Shown piece after piece: positions 1 through 11,605 of a stretch of 64,000 nucleotides of DNA. The DNA lies in contig NC_086097.1 in NCBI RefSeq assembly GCF_963921235.1, positions 8,990,001 to 9,054,000 on the forward strand, given 5' to 3'. The stretch is from Mobula hypostoma. Taxonomy: Eukaryota. The notes beneath the pieces are model-generated. The model saw nothing but the letters and a program-made list of their open reading frames with translations, had not been told where the DNA came from and did not search any database. Made by a program: the position numbers and the translations under genes. The stretch's first letter is position 1; each line of letters opens with the position of its first letter.

Positions 1-420
1 GGAATCAATCTGGTGAACCTTCTTTGTACTCCCTCTATGGCAAAGATGTCTTTCCTCAGATTAGGGGACCAAAACTGCACACAATACTCCAGGTGTGGTC
101 TCACCAAGGCCTTGTACAACTGCAGTAGTACCTCCCTGCTCCTGTACTCGAATCCTCTCGCTATAAATGCCAGCATACCATTCGCCTTTTTCACCGCCTG
201 CTGTACCTGCATGCCCACTTTCAATGACTGGTGTATAATGACACCCAGGTCTCGTTGCATCTCCCCTTTTCCTAATCGGCCACCATTCAGATAATAATCT
301 GTTTTCCTATTTTTGCCACCAAAGTGGATAACTTCACATTTATCCACATTAAATTGCATCTGCCATGAGTTTGCCCACTCACCCAACCTATCCAAGTCAC
401 CCTGCATCCTCTTAGCATCC
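1..420 (-). mobile_element. CR1 LINE ORF2 (RT C-terminal region) fragment
   Basis: Minus strand reads [43 protein letters not shown], the characteristic CR1 ORF2 C-terminal motif; runs off the window start. Confidence 0.9.
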
Positions 421-611
421 TCTAAGCTCTATTACATCTCATTAGAGAGGAGAAATGTGACAAGCAGTGCTAAACTAAACTAGAGATCTTTTTTCAGGGA
501 GGCCATGGGTCACACAAATGGATCTTATGAGACTCAAGTTCAAATTCAAGTTTAACCATACATATATATATACCACCAAAAAGAAACAGTTTTCCTCCGC
601 ACCAAGATGCA

Positions 612-811
612 CTGCACAGGACATGATCTTTCCTAGTGTCTGCTCTCGTGCCAACCCTGCCCGTAGCATTCCTTCTCTGCCTCCTGTCCCACACACCTCC
701 CATAGTGCTCCACCCTCGCAGTTCCCAATATCCTGTACTCCCACCAGATTTTCAAACCCTGTCCCCTGCACCGCAGTACTGTGCAAAGGTCTTAGGCACC
801 CTAGCTATATA
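612..811 (-). mobile_element. Fragment of a Tc1-type MITE with a hairpin terminus (same family as 50320-51488)
   Basis: CAGTACTGTGCAAAGGTCTTAGGCAC terminal motif at 775-799; the reverse complement of 660-770 aligns by eye with 50713-50830. Confidence 0.6.
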
Positions 812-1687
812 CAGCTCATTGCAGCCCAAAAGTTCTGTTTTTACTTCATCAGTCCACAGGACTTGTTTCCAAAATACATCAGGCTTGTTTAGATGTTCCT
901 TTGAACCTTTTTAATAGAACTTTTTGGCCGCAATGAGCAAAGGTATGTTTGGAGAAAAAAGGGTGAAGAATTTCAGGAAAAGAACCCCTCTCTAAATGTT
1001 AAGCACGGGGGTGGATCGATCATACTTTGGGCTTGTGTTGCAGCCAGTAGCACGGGGAACATTTACCGGTAGAGGGAAGAATGAATTCAATTAAATACCA
1101 GCAAATTCTGGAAGCAAACATCACACTGTCTTTAAAAAAGCTGAAGATGAAAAGAGGATGGCTTCTACAACAGGATAATGAACCTAAACACATCTCAAAA
1201 TCCACAATGGACTACCTCAAGAGGCGCAAGCTGAAGGTTTTGCCATGGTCTTCACAGTCCCCTGACCTGAACATCATCGAAAATCTGTGGATAGACCTCA
1301 AAAGAGCAGTGCATGCATGACCACCCAAGAATTTCACAGAACTGGAAGCCTTTTGTAAGGGAGAATGGGCGAAAATCCTTTGAACAAGAACAGAAAGACT
1401 CTTAGCTGGCTACAAAAAGCATTTACAAGCTGTGATACTTGCCAAAGGGGGTGTTACTAAGTACTGACCATGCAGGGTGCCCAAACTTTTGCTTCAGGCC
1501 TTTTTCCTTTTTTGTTATTTTGAAACTGTAAAAGATGGAAATAAAAAAGTTTTCTTGCTTAAAATATTAAAGAAATATGTAATCTTTAACTTTATGCCTT
1601 TTGGAAATCAGTTCATCTTTTACTCGCATAGCTATTCACAGTAACAGAAATTTTGAGCAGGGGTGCCCAAACTTTTGCATGCCACTG
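812..1687 (+). mobile_element. Tc1 (DD34E) transposon derivative: 3' half of transposase plus right TIR, with fold-back junction
   Basis: Translation has QQDN...SPDLNIIEN with 34 residues between D and E and ends AKGGVTKY* at 1467. Inner DR GGGTGCCCAAACTTTTGC near 1475-1492 repeats at the terminus ...GCATGCCACTG|TA (1687). Several stops. Confidence 0.92.
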
Positions 1688-1729
1688 TATATATATAGAG
1701 CAAAAAAAAGGGCAAATTAGAAAAAAAAA

Positions 1730-1940
1730 TAGTGAGGTAGTGTCCATGGGTTCATTTTCCATTCCAAAATCTAATGGCAGAAGGAAAAAACTGTTACTGA
1801 AACACTCAGTGTGTGTCTTCAGTCTCCTGTACCTCCTCTTCCTTGGTAGCAATGAGAAGAGGGAATATCTGGGGTGATGTTGCCTTTTTGGGACATGGCC
1901 TTTTGAAGATGTCCTAGATGCAGTGGAGATTAGTACCCAT
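1730..1940 (-). mobile_element. Rex1/Babar-like LINE 3' end fragment
   Basis: Minus ORF LPRKRRYRRLKTHTECFSNSFF matches the LPSGRRYRS...RFRNSFFP C-terminal motif that recurs throughout the window. Confidence 0.75.
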
Positions 1941-2694
1941 GCTTTAAGCTACCTGTACTTTAAGATGGGGCAAACATACACATTACGATTCCAGTTGTGG
2001 AGTAAATCTGAAGGGTATTATCATTATTCAATATAATACTGGAAATCTCTATATCCAGTGAGTCATTAGAATGTGGAATTCAAGTGAATAACATTGAAAC
2101 TTTTATGTTTTGAAGATTATGCTGTTTGATGAATAAGATGAAATAATACAAAAAGTTGCTTACAATATATGAAGAATAAATACCAGTATGGAATTGTCTG
2201 CAACTAGCCTGGTTGTGCTGAATACTGTACATATTCCAGGGTTTTTTTTGATTTCACAATATTACATGGCTGTGGATGGTTGTGCAGCAACAATTTATTT
2301 CAATTTTAAATTACCGTTTCTCACTTTATTTCTGGCAATCAATCCTGGGAGAAATCATATATCAATCAGCAAGCACAAACAGAAGTGCATTGCCTATTAA
2401 CGTCAGCATTGATGTTCACTGGAGGTAATCCCATTGGACTGCGTCCTTAACACCAGCAAGAGTCTGACAGCTTGAAAGCACAATTACATTGTACTCCACC
2501 TTGAGATTTATTCTGTATGTGGAAAGTTTCTCTCAGTCGCAATGAGAATTTGACTTGTAAATGCAAGATGAACATTCATTTCCATAAATACTGCCTGACC
2601 TGCTGAGTTCCTCCTGCATTTTGTGTATGTTGCCGTGTAAATGCAAGAGGTCCCTCTTTCCCATGAACGAGCACATGAACAAAATCAATGTTTC

Positions 2695-3120
2695 AAAGGC
2701 ATAAGCTGCAGGAAGTTATAAACTCAGTCAGCTCCATCCTGAGCACTAGACTCTGCAGCATCCAAGGAAAGCATCTTCAAGGAGAGATGCCTCAGAAAGA
2801 CAGCATCCATCATTAAGGACCTTCATCACCCAGGATATGCCCACTTCTCATTGCTGCCATCAGGAAGGAGGTACAGGAGCCTGATGGCACACACTCAATG
2901 TTTCAGGAACAGCTTCTTCCTCTCTGCCATCCGATTTCTGAATGGATATTGAACCTATGAACACTACCTCATTACTTTTTTGCGCTACTTATTTAATTCA
3001 ACTATTATATGTATATTCTGTAATTCACAGTTTTTATTATTAGATACTGCAGTAGTGCTGCCACATGACAACAATTTTCATGATGTATCACACCAGTGAT
3101 ATTAAACCTGATTCTGATTT
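2695..3120 (+). mobile_element. Rex1/Babar-like LINE 3' end with 3' UTR
   Basis: Encodes FSLLPSGRRYRSL...FRNSFFLSAIRFLN, followed by the 3' tail ATTAAACCTGATTCTGATT. Confidence 0.8.
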
Positions 3121-3138
3121 ATATCAAGTTCAAATTTA

Positions 3139-4575
3139 GACCATTGGATCATAAGACATAGGAGCAGAATTAGGTCATTTAACCCATGGAAGACATTTTG
3201 ACATTCAACTTGACTGATCCCAGATCCCATTCAACCCCATACACCTGCCTCTCACCATATCCCTAGGTGCCTCAACCAATCAAGAATCTATCATCTTCCG
3301 CCCTAAATATACCCACAGACTTAGCCTCTACTGCAGTCTGTGGCAGAGCATTCCATAGATTCACCACTCATTGGCTGAAGAAAATCCTCCTTAAATCTGT
3401 TCTAAAAGATCGTCCCTCAATTTTGAATCTGTGCCGTCTAGTTCTGGAAACCCCCTCCAGAGGAAACATCCTTTCCACATCCACCATATCTAGTCCTTTC
3501 AACATTCAGTAGGTTTCAATAAGATCTCTAAGCATTCATACAAATTCCAGTCAGTACAGGCCCAATGTTGCCAGATGCTCCTCATATGATAACCCTTCAT
3601 TCCCGGAATCGTCCTTGTGAACCTCCTCTGGATTCTCTCCAATGACAACGCATCATTTCTGAGATATGGAGCCCAAAATTGTTGACAACACTCCAAGCAT
3701 GGCCTGACTAGTATCTTATTAAGCTTCAGCATTATCTCCTTGTTTTTATATTCTATTCGCCTTGAAATAAATGACAGCATTGCATTTACCTTCTTTACCT
3801 CAGACTCACCCTGTGAATTAACCTTCTTGGAGTCTTGCACGAAGACTCCTAAGACCCTTTGCACCTCTAATGTTTGAATTTTCTCCCCATTTAGATAATA
3901 CTCTGCACTATTGTTCCTTTTACCAAAATACATTGTCATACATTTCTCAACACTATATTCCATCTGCCACTTTTTTGTCCATTCATCTAATTTGTCTCGA
4001 TCCTGTTTTAACCACATTGCATCCTCAACACTACCTAACCTACCATCTATCATCTATCTTCGTATCATCCGCAAACCTAACCACAAAGCCATCAATTCCA
4101 TTATCTTATTCACTGACAAACAATGTGAAAAGTAGTGGTCTCAATATTGACCCCTGAGGAACACCACTAGTCACTGGCAGCCAACCAGAAAAGCTTCCTT
4201 TATTCCCGCATACTGCCTCCTGCCTGTCAGTCATTCCTCTATCCGTGCCAGTATCTTTCTCGTAACACTAGGATTTTATCTTGCTAAGCAGCCTCATGTG
4301 TGGCACCTTATTAAACACCTTCTGAACTTCTTAGTAAAAAGCGCCCACTGCCTTTCCTTTGTCCGCTCTGCTTGTTACTTACTCAAAGAATTCTAGCAGT
4401 TTTCTCAAGCAAGATTTCCCTTTACAGAAACCATGCTGACTTTAACTTATTTTATCATTAACCTCCAAGTTCCCCGAAATTTCATCCTTAATAATGTACT
4501 TCAACACTTTCCCAATCACTGAGGTTAGGCTAACTATTGTATAATTTCCTCTTTTTTGTCTTCTTCCCTTCCTTC
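3139..4575 (-). mobile_element. CR1 LINE 3' portion (RT and 3' UTR), degenerate
   Basis: ORF 3499-4053 has LVRPCLECCQQFWAPYLRND...ERIQRRFTR; the reverse complement of the CR1 3' terminus (ATAAGACATAGGAGCAGAATTAGG) lies near 3151. Confidence 0.9.
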
Positions 4576-5189
4576 CTCCAAGGTTAATTGTCATTCAACC
4601 ATGCACATGTACATAGGTAAATGAAACAGTGTTCCTCTGGGGTAAAAGTGCAAAACACAGTACCAACAGTTGCACACCACACAAGGCACATATAGTACAT
4701 ATAATCACGACAACTGGAATACATAGTCACAAAAAAAGAATATTATTAGCCCAAGTCCCTGAGTGTCTTGGCCTATAGATTGATGATGCATGGGATGTTG
4801 TCCTGGAGCCATGTTTCTGCAAGAACAAGCACACAGCAGTTCCTCATCACACACTGGATGTTCCACAGACGAAAGCAATTCAGCCTGCGTTGCTGGTCTG
4901 ATCTCTTTTGACATTATTGTTTACAAACATTGAACTGTGTACAAGTGACTTTTATACAAGTTGAATGCTCTGTCATAATTCCATGGGCATCTTTCTTTCT
5001 TCATTAGCTTACTCAAAGTACACAGCAACATTGTCGAATTGGGTACAATTTATCACAGTAATTCACTGTGATAAATTAATTTGAATTCTGAGATATTCTT
5101 GGGAATAGGTGCATTTGCTGCATCTAATATTGAAGATATCTGTTCTTATGTCAACAGCATTTACAATCTGCCATATCTAATAGTATAAA

Positions 5190-5645
5190 GTCGCAGAGAC
5201 ATAGGAAAGTATAGCACAGATACAGGCCCTTTGGCCTAGCCCATCTAGTCCACGCTGAAACCATTGAAACTGCTACTCCCATTAACCTGCACCGAGACCA
5301 GAGCCTTGGTGCCCCAACCATCCATGTACATATGCAAACTTCTCCTAAGCTCTGAAATCGTGCTTGCATGCACCACTTGCGCTGGCAACTTGTTCCAGAC
5401 TGTCATGACTGTCCAAGTGAAGAAGTTTCCCCTTATGTTCCCCTTAACGTTTTCATGTTTCACCCTTAACCCATGACCTCTAGTTGTACCCAACCTTTAG
5501 TTTCACCCAACCTTAGTGGAAAAAGCCTGCTTGTATTTACCCTACCTATACCCCTCATGATTTTGGATACCTCTATCAAATCTCCTCTCAATATTCTATA
5601 TTTCAAGGAATAAAGCCCTATTCTATTCAGTCTTTCCTTATAATG
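5190..5645 (-). mobile_element. CR1 LINE 3' end
   Basis: TRGHGLRV...RGNFFT.TV..VWNKLP C-terminal motif in ORF 5245-5493. Confidence 0.85.
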
Positions 5646-5908
5646 TAGCAGTCAAACAGAATGAAGTACTCCACTCAACCACTCTGTCAGTACCTACTGC
5701 TCTTCAGTTAGCCTGGCTTCTCCCTTGTTGCTGCCAGTCCAGCAGCCCTGTTGTTTCCTCTGACATGCTTTTCCTGCCCTATGCCACATTTTACAATGAT
5801 AGAAAACAAAGATTTTATCATAGTCTTCCCACAGATAGTTTAATGGTAATTTATTAAAAAATGGCTTTTTGTAGAGATGAGCAAGTAAGAAAATACCAGA
5901 GCTTAATA

Positions 5909-6743
5909 CAGTGGATTCCAGTTATTTAGGACATTTTGGTACATTTTGGCCTAATTAAGCCACTGTCCTAATTAGCTTGTTTCATGGAAATAATTAAAAA
6001 GGTATAAGAATGACCAACTGTTGAGTTTTCATTGAGTAACAAATTACATATTTAAATAAAATATAGAACAAATCTGAACACTATCAATACTACTATGTTA
6101 CTATAAAACTGTATATTAGTTCCTAATAGCTATTAATGGAGAATCCATCCAATTGTACTCAGCTGTGTGCTTCTGATTTATTGTAAATGAATGAAGTCAG
6201 CTCAGTCACCTTGTGCAAATAATGGACTGCATTCATCCAATGCTTTTAACGATTGTATCCTCCACATTTTCTTTTTCAGTGTAACATTCAAGAATATTGT
6301 CAATGCTTTCGAATTTTTTGTCATTCCTAACTCGTTGAAGTAGTGAAATCATTTCATTTTCACTCTGGGCCATTTCTGGCATCTCCAAGCCTGAATGCTT
6401 GAAACTGCAGTGAACAAAACAGTTCTGAATTGTCTTGCTGCTTTTTTCTCACTAACTGGTAGTGAGAAATATCACTGCTTTATGAACACCAGCACGTGCA
6501 ATTGAAACTATTTACAAACTGTTTGCTCTAAGCACAGGGTAGTGTTTAACAACCATACAATTACAATCAACTGTCGCTAGTTAGAAATTATTTGCAATAG
6601 TGCCCTGTACCACTTAAGTGGCATAGTGTCCCAGATAAACAAACAGAATCCTGACTTGTCTCGATTAGTCTTTGCTCTTTGAGAGTTGTCACAAATAGTG
6701 ACTGCCCCGATTAACCGATTCCACAATAAACCAGAATTCGCTG
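5909..6743. mobile_element. Tigger/pogo-like non-autonomous DNA transposon (about 835 bp)
   Basis: TA|CAGTGGATTCCAGTTA ... TAAACCAGAATTCGCTG|TA: imperfect TIRs with TA on both flanks. The internal minus strand reads CFKHSGLEMPE..., resembling a Tigger transposase C-terminus. Confidence 0.7.
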
Positions 6744-7382
6744 TACATTAAATTACATTAGTGCAGTTTAGACTGATCAATGTTCACACTGTGGTCAGGC
6801 TAAAACAGCAGAAGTTTGGGGAGACCAGAAAAAGAAATGCATATCTTATGCAGCCAGAAAGGAATACAATTTAGATTCCGACTATTATTTTAAAAGCTGA
6901 CTTTTTAAAGTTGAATGTTGGATAATTACATTTTGCCTGGGCTAAAATATGATATTATTGATTCAGAAATCCATCTGCCACTTATTATTATGTCATCTCT
7001 TTTAAAGGGTAATTGGGGCTAATTAGAAAGATAGACGCACCTATTTTAAATCAATCATGCAAAGAAAAATAGGGTATATTTTCACTGACAGGCACTTTCA
7101 GCTTAGGCCTCTGAGAAGTCACTGAAGATGCAGTTAAATTGAGATACAGCCAGAATATTAAAGCAGAATTTGAACTCCAGAATAAATAAATCTGTCTTTT
7201 TTCTGTGAGAAAATCATGTATGGTGCTTCAAGTTAAAGCAAAATTCTCCCTTATGAAATGCAAAACAATGGAAATGCTTATTGATGATAGATGTATCAAC
7301 ATGAATTTTAATTCGAGAAAGACAACTTAATAGAGAAATATACTATGAGAGCAGGACCTATAGCCAGCTAAATCCGCTCTAA

Positions 7383-7953
7383 CCATAGAGTCATAGTCAT
7401 GGAAAAGTACAGCACACGAACTGGCCTTTTGGCCCATCTAGTCCATGCCAAGACATTTAAACTGCCAACTCCCATCGACCCACACTGGAACCATACCCCT
7501 ACCATCCATGTACATATCCAAACTTCTCTTAAACATTGAAATTGAGCTTGCATGCACCACTTGATCTGGCAGCTCATTCCACACTCTCACGACCCTCTGA
7601 GTGAAGAAATTTCCCTTTATGTTCCTCTTAAACTTTTCACCTTTCACCCTTAACCCATGGCTTCTAGTTGTAGTCCCACCCAATGGAAAAAGGCCTGCTT
7701 TCATTTACCCTATCTGTACCCTCATAATTTTGTATGCCTCCATCAAATCTCCTCTCAATCTTCTATATTCCAAGAAATAAAGTCCAATCCTATTCAATCT
7801 TTCAAGAAAACTCAGGTCCTTCAGACTCGGGCACATACTTGTAAATTTTCTCTGCTCTCTTTCAAACTTACTTACATCTTTCCTGTAGGTAGGTGACCAA
7901 AACTGCACACAATACTCCAAATTACACCAATGACTTACACAGCTTCGACATAA
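7383..7953 (-). mobile_element. CR1 LINE 3' end, interrupted by a Gypsy insertion (resumes at 10314-10450)
   Basis: [15 protein letters not shown] and TRSHGLRVKGEKF...NFFTQRVVRVWNELP motifs; CR1 sequence resumes after the ATAA TSD. Confidence 0.9.
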
Positions 7954-10313
7954 TGTGGTGAGCATTTGGTCCATGATGGCAGATGAGGAAGCTCGTTAAA
8001 CTCAACAACCGTTTTTATTGTAATAAACACAAAACCAGTCAGGGCACTATGACCCAGGGAGAGAACCCACTCGGTCACATTACAGACAGGGGAGGTGATT
8101 ATTACACACCCCAGTTTACAACACACATGCGTATAACTATATAACCCAAGCTAAAATGTAACAATAAATAAACTTGAACATCCAACCATAATCCCACAAA
8201 AGCATTTTAAAACAAGAATAATAAATAGCGCTGGCCACTAGGAATGCTCAGGCATTCTGTTGATCACGCATCCCCCCCACCAGCACCCGAGCGCCTCTCT
8301 GCCTCCACCTGAGGAGTCAGCCATCCCCAGTAACCCCAGAGTTCAAACAAAGCCATAATGTCCCGGTGATGGTCAACACTACCACCCAGGGAGCTGGTGG
8401 GCTACAGGAGCCCCTCCACCCCCGGGGGGGGCACTGCTCCATGAGACATGAGGCAGGGCACCCAGAGTGTCACTTCTTTCCTTTAGACTCGCTGGGTCGG
8501 TGGTGGCCAAGAGCCAATATGGTGCTGACTGGTCCTGGTGCAACACAACAGCCTTCCACAGCTCAGGCAACAACACCTGATGTACCGCATTAGAGATGCA
8601 GTCGAACACCTGTCCTGGCTCCTTTCAGTGGCTTCCCAGCTTGGGGGATAGTCCCTTCTTTTGTGAGGGGGGCAGTAGATCCATTCTGGGGCCCCCACAA
8701 GGTACTGCTCCATTGGCACCCTAGACTGACGGCCCAGCCCCTTCTGGGACGTGCAAGTATTGCTGAATTGCACAAACACCTCCACCTGTACTCAGGCCAG
8801 TAGAAGCCTGCCCACCATCTTTCCAACTCCAAAATGGCCGGCCCCGACTAGTCCATGCAGCAACCACAGCACCATGTCTCGGAGCATCCAGGGCACCAGC
8901 AGCTGCAGGAGCTGTCTGACGCCACCAGAAAATGACCACCGTCAGATCAGCAACTGGTCGCGCACCTCCAGCATTCCCCACCGAGATTATAGGGCTTTGG
9001 TCTCTGGATCACCCTGCACCCCGGTCACTGTTCCATGCTCAGCCATTCCCTCACCGGTGCCAGCATGGGATCGCTCATCTGCTGGTCAACGGTGGGGAGG
9101 TTTACCTGGCTGCCAGGTGCCATCTGAAACGCCGCCACCACTGCTTGCCCCTGTTTCCGCTGTGTTGTGCTGGGCCGCTCCAGAGTGTGCTGCACTGCGG
9201 CGGGCTGCTGTGAGATGGGTGCTGGTTGTTGCTGCCCTCGCTGGGTCTGCTTCCTGGAGCTGCCCTGCCGGAGATCCATGCCTTTGGTGCCAAAGTAGAG
9301 TGTTGCCCCCCCACCCCCCCGCCACACGTCCACATTGGCCCCCCAGGTGGGCAGCAGGTCCAGGCCAATGATGCAGGACTCCCGGATGTTGGCTGGCCAC
9401 ACCTCGTGCCCCACTGTAATGCGCAGCCACCTCTTCCCTCGCATCGTCACACAGTCGCCAGTGACCGTAGCCAGCTGAACCTCAGTCGTTGCCCACCCAG
9501 GCAGGGATGGTGGTCCATGTTGGGGAGGACACCCGGATTGACGATGCTAATGATAGACCCCGTGTCCACCAATGCACGGCACCTGATATCCTCCACCCCA
9601 CGCAGCCCACGTGTAAGCCTTGCTCTTCACCCAAACAGACCACTGTGTCCTCCAGGTTGCCTGGGAAGGCACGATGCTCGGTTCCCAGTTCCTCCATCTG
9701 GGTCCTGCCTTCATGAGCCCGGGCCGGTGGGGGACGGGAGGTGGGGGATGTGTGCAGGGAGGCATTCTGCTTGTTTCCTTGACTTATTCACCAGCTTTTA
9801 AGTGGCTCTATCTGATGTCGTGGCTCCTCAATCTCATCGACATTTTCAAATCCTACTCCTGATACCAATGTGGTGAGCATTCAGTCCATAATGGCAGACG
9901 AGGAAGCTCATTAAACTCAACATCTGTTTTTATTGTGATAAACGCAAAACCAAACCGGGTGCTATGATGCAGGGAGAGAACAGTTCAATCTCATACAGAT
10001 GGGGGAGGTGATTGTCACACATCCCGGTTACATTCAGGGTGACCCACAAACACACGTGTGAATAACTATATAACCCAAGCTAAAACGTAACAATAAATGA
10101 ACTTGTATATCCCACCATAATCCCACAAAAGCATTAAGAAAAGGACAATAAGAAAAAAAGAAGAGGAAGAAACTGAGCCAGAAGCTGTGGAACTAAGACA
10201 AGAAATTAGACAAGAGGTTAAATGATAGCGTTGGTCATTAGAAATGCTGGGGTGGGTTGTTGACCATACCAACCATGCCACTCCCCCCACCACACCCCTG
10301 GAGGAGTGCAACA
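7954..10313 (-). mobile_element. Internally deleted (non-autonomous) Gypsy LTR retrotransposon
   Basis: TGT...ACA ends; ATAA TSD at 7950-7953 and 10314-10317; LTRs at about 7954-8270 and 9869-10313, both starting TGTGGTGAGCATT. Protease CRALVDTGS near 9560-9580 and IIGLDLL; integrase zinc-finger remnant (LLHGLVGAGHFG...FYWP). No RT seen. Confidence 0.9.
9850..9867 (-). promoter_or_regulatory. Primer-binding site (tRNA-Leu type) of the Gypsy element
   Basis: Minus strand TGGTATCAGGAGTAGGAT lies 1 nt from the 5' LTR and is two transitions from TGGTGTCAGGAGTGGGAT (tRNA-Leu CAG complement). Confidence 0.8.
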
Positions 10314-10554
10314 ATAACATCCCATCTTCTGTACTCAATATTTTGTTACGATGGCCAATGTGCCAAAAGCGATCTTCACAACCCTATCAAGCTGTGAAGC
10401 CACTTTCAATTAGTTAAGGACTTGTATTCCCAAACCCCTTTGTTCTATATACCTCAGTGTCCTTAGTGCCTTTCAATCACTCATTTACACAAATGCGTCA
10501 TACATAATATTTTTTATTACCCTCACATTCGTATCCACTTCCCCCAGATTCAGG

Positions 10555-10755
10555 AACACTTGGGACAATCTAAGGGACCAAATTGATAGCCAACATGCAC
10601 ATCTTTGACGTGTGGGAGAAAGCTGGAGCACCCAGAGGAAACGTGCTCGGTCACAGGGAGAACATGCATGTTCCACATAGATAACATCTAAGGTCGGGGC
10701 TGAGCTGAGGTCTCTGGTGCTGTAAAACAGTGGCTCTACCTGCTGCAGAGCAGCA
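10555..10755 (-). mobile_element. tRNA-derived V-SINE/HE1-like SINE
   Basis: Reverse complement of the V-domain core (...GGGTTTCCTCTGGGTGCTCCAGTTTCCTCCCAC...), seen here as GCTGGAGCACCCAGAGGAAAC. Confidence 0.75.
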
Positions 10756-11194
10756 CTGACCATATTTTTTTTCTACAACAGCCATTTTATTCAGCCAACA
10801 ATTTAATTAGAATTATGGTCAAGAATTCCTAATGCTTCTAGACAAGCTCATTGAAGGCTCACTTAGTTCAAAAGCTATTAAATTAGAGATGCAACATCTG
10901 ACTGGACTAATGACTGATCCTAAAATCATCTGTCCATAATTATTGAATTGTGAATCTGAGATTTATCACATTATAGTTATTATATCACAAAGAATTACAT
11001 TTTCTGTGAGCTGAATGGGAAAGTAAAGGTGTACACATTGAACTGTTTGCACCTTTAGAATATCCCAAGATTCGAGACTCAAAACTGTTTAATGTCATTT
11101 CCAGTACACAAGAGTAAAGTAGAGTGAAATAATTGTTACTCTGGATCAAATGCAGCACTAAAAACACATTAAGATAAACACCTTATATTCTGTC

Positions 11195-11605
11195 AGGGTA
11201 GCCTCCAACCTGATGGCATGAACATCGGTTTCTCTATCTGGCAAAAAAAGAAATCCCTTCCCCTTTCCTTTTCTTCTATTCTCCATTCTGGCCTCTTACT
11301 TCTCTTCACCTGCCTGTCACCTCCTCCTTCCCTTTCTCCTATGGTCCACACTCCTCTCCTATCAGATTCCTTCTTCTCCAGACCTTCACCTTTCCCATCA
11401 CCTGGCTTCACCTATCACCTTCCAGGTATCCTCTTTCCCTTCCCCCACCTTTTTTATTCTGATGTCTTTCCCCTTCCTTTCCAGTCCTGATGAAAGTTCT
11501 TGGCCCAAAATGTCAATTGTTTATTTATTTCCATAGATGCGGCCTGATCTGCTGATTTCCTCCAGTGTTTTGAGTGTTTTGCAGCATCTGCAGACTTTCT
11601 TGTGC
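11195..11605 (+). mobile_element. Penelope-like element 3' end (GSLQPDGMN motif and pyrimidine-rich terminal region)
   Basis: GGTAGCCTCCAACCTGATGGCATGAAC encodes GSLQPDGMN, the PLE ORF C-terminus; followed by a degenerate hammerhead-like motif and the GATGCGGCCTGATCTGCTGA terminus. Confidence 0.8.

Noticed and set aside
8751..9801. GC-rich plus-strand ORFs of 206 and 191 aa
   Set aside because: They are antisense to the Gypsy protease and integrase remnants and show no recognisable domain.
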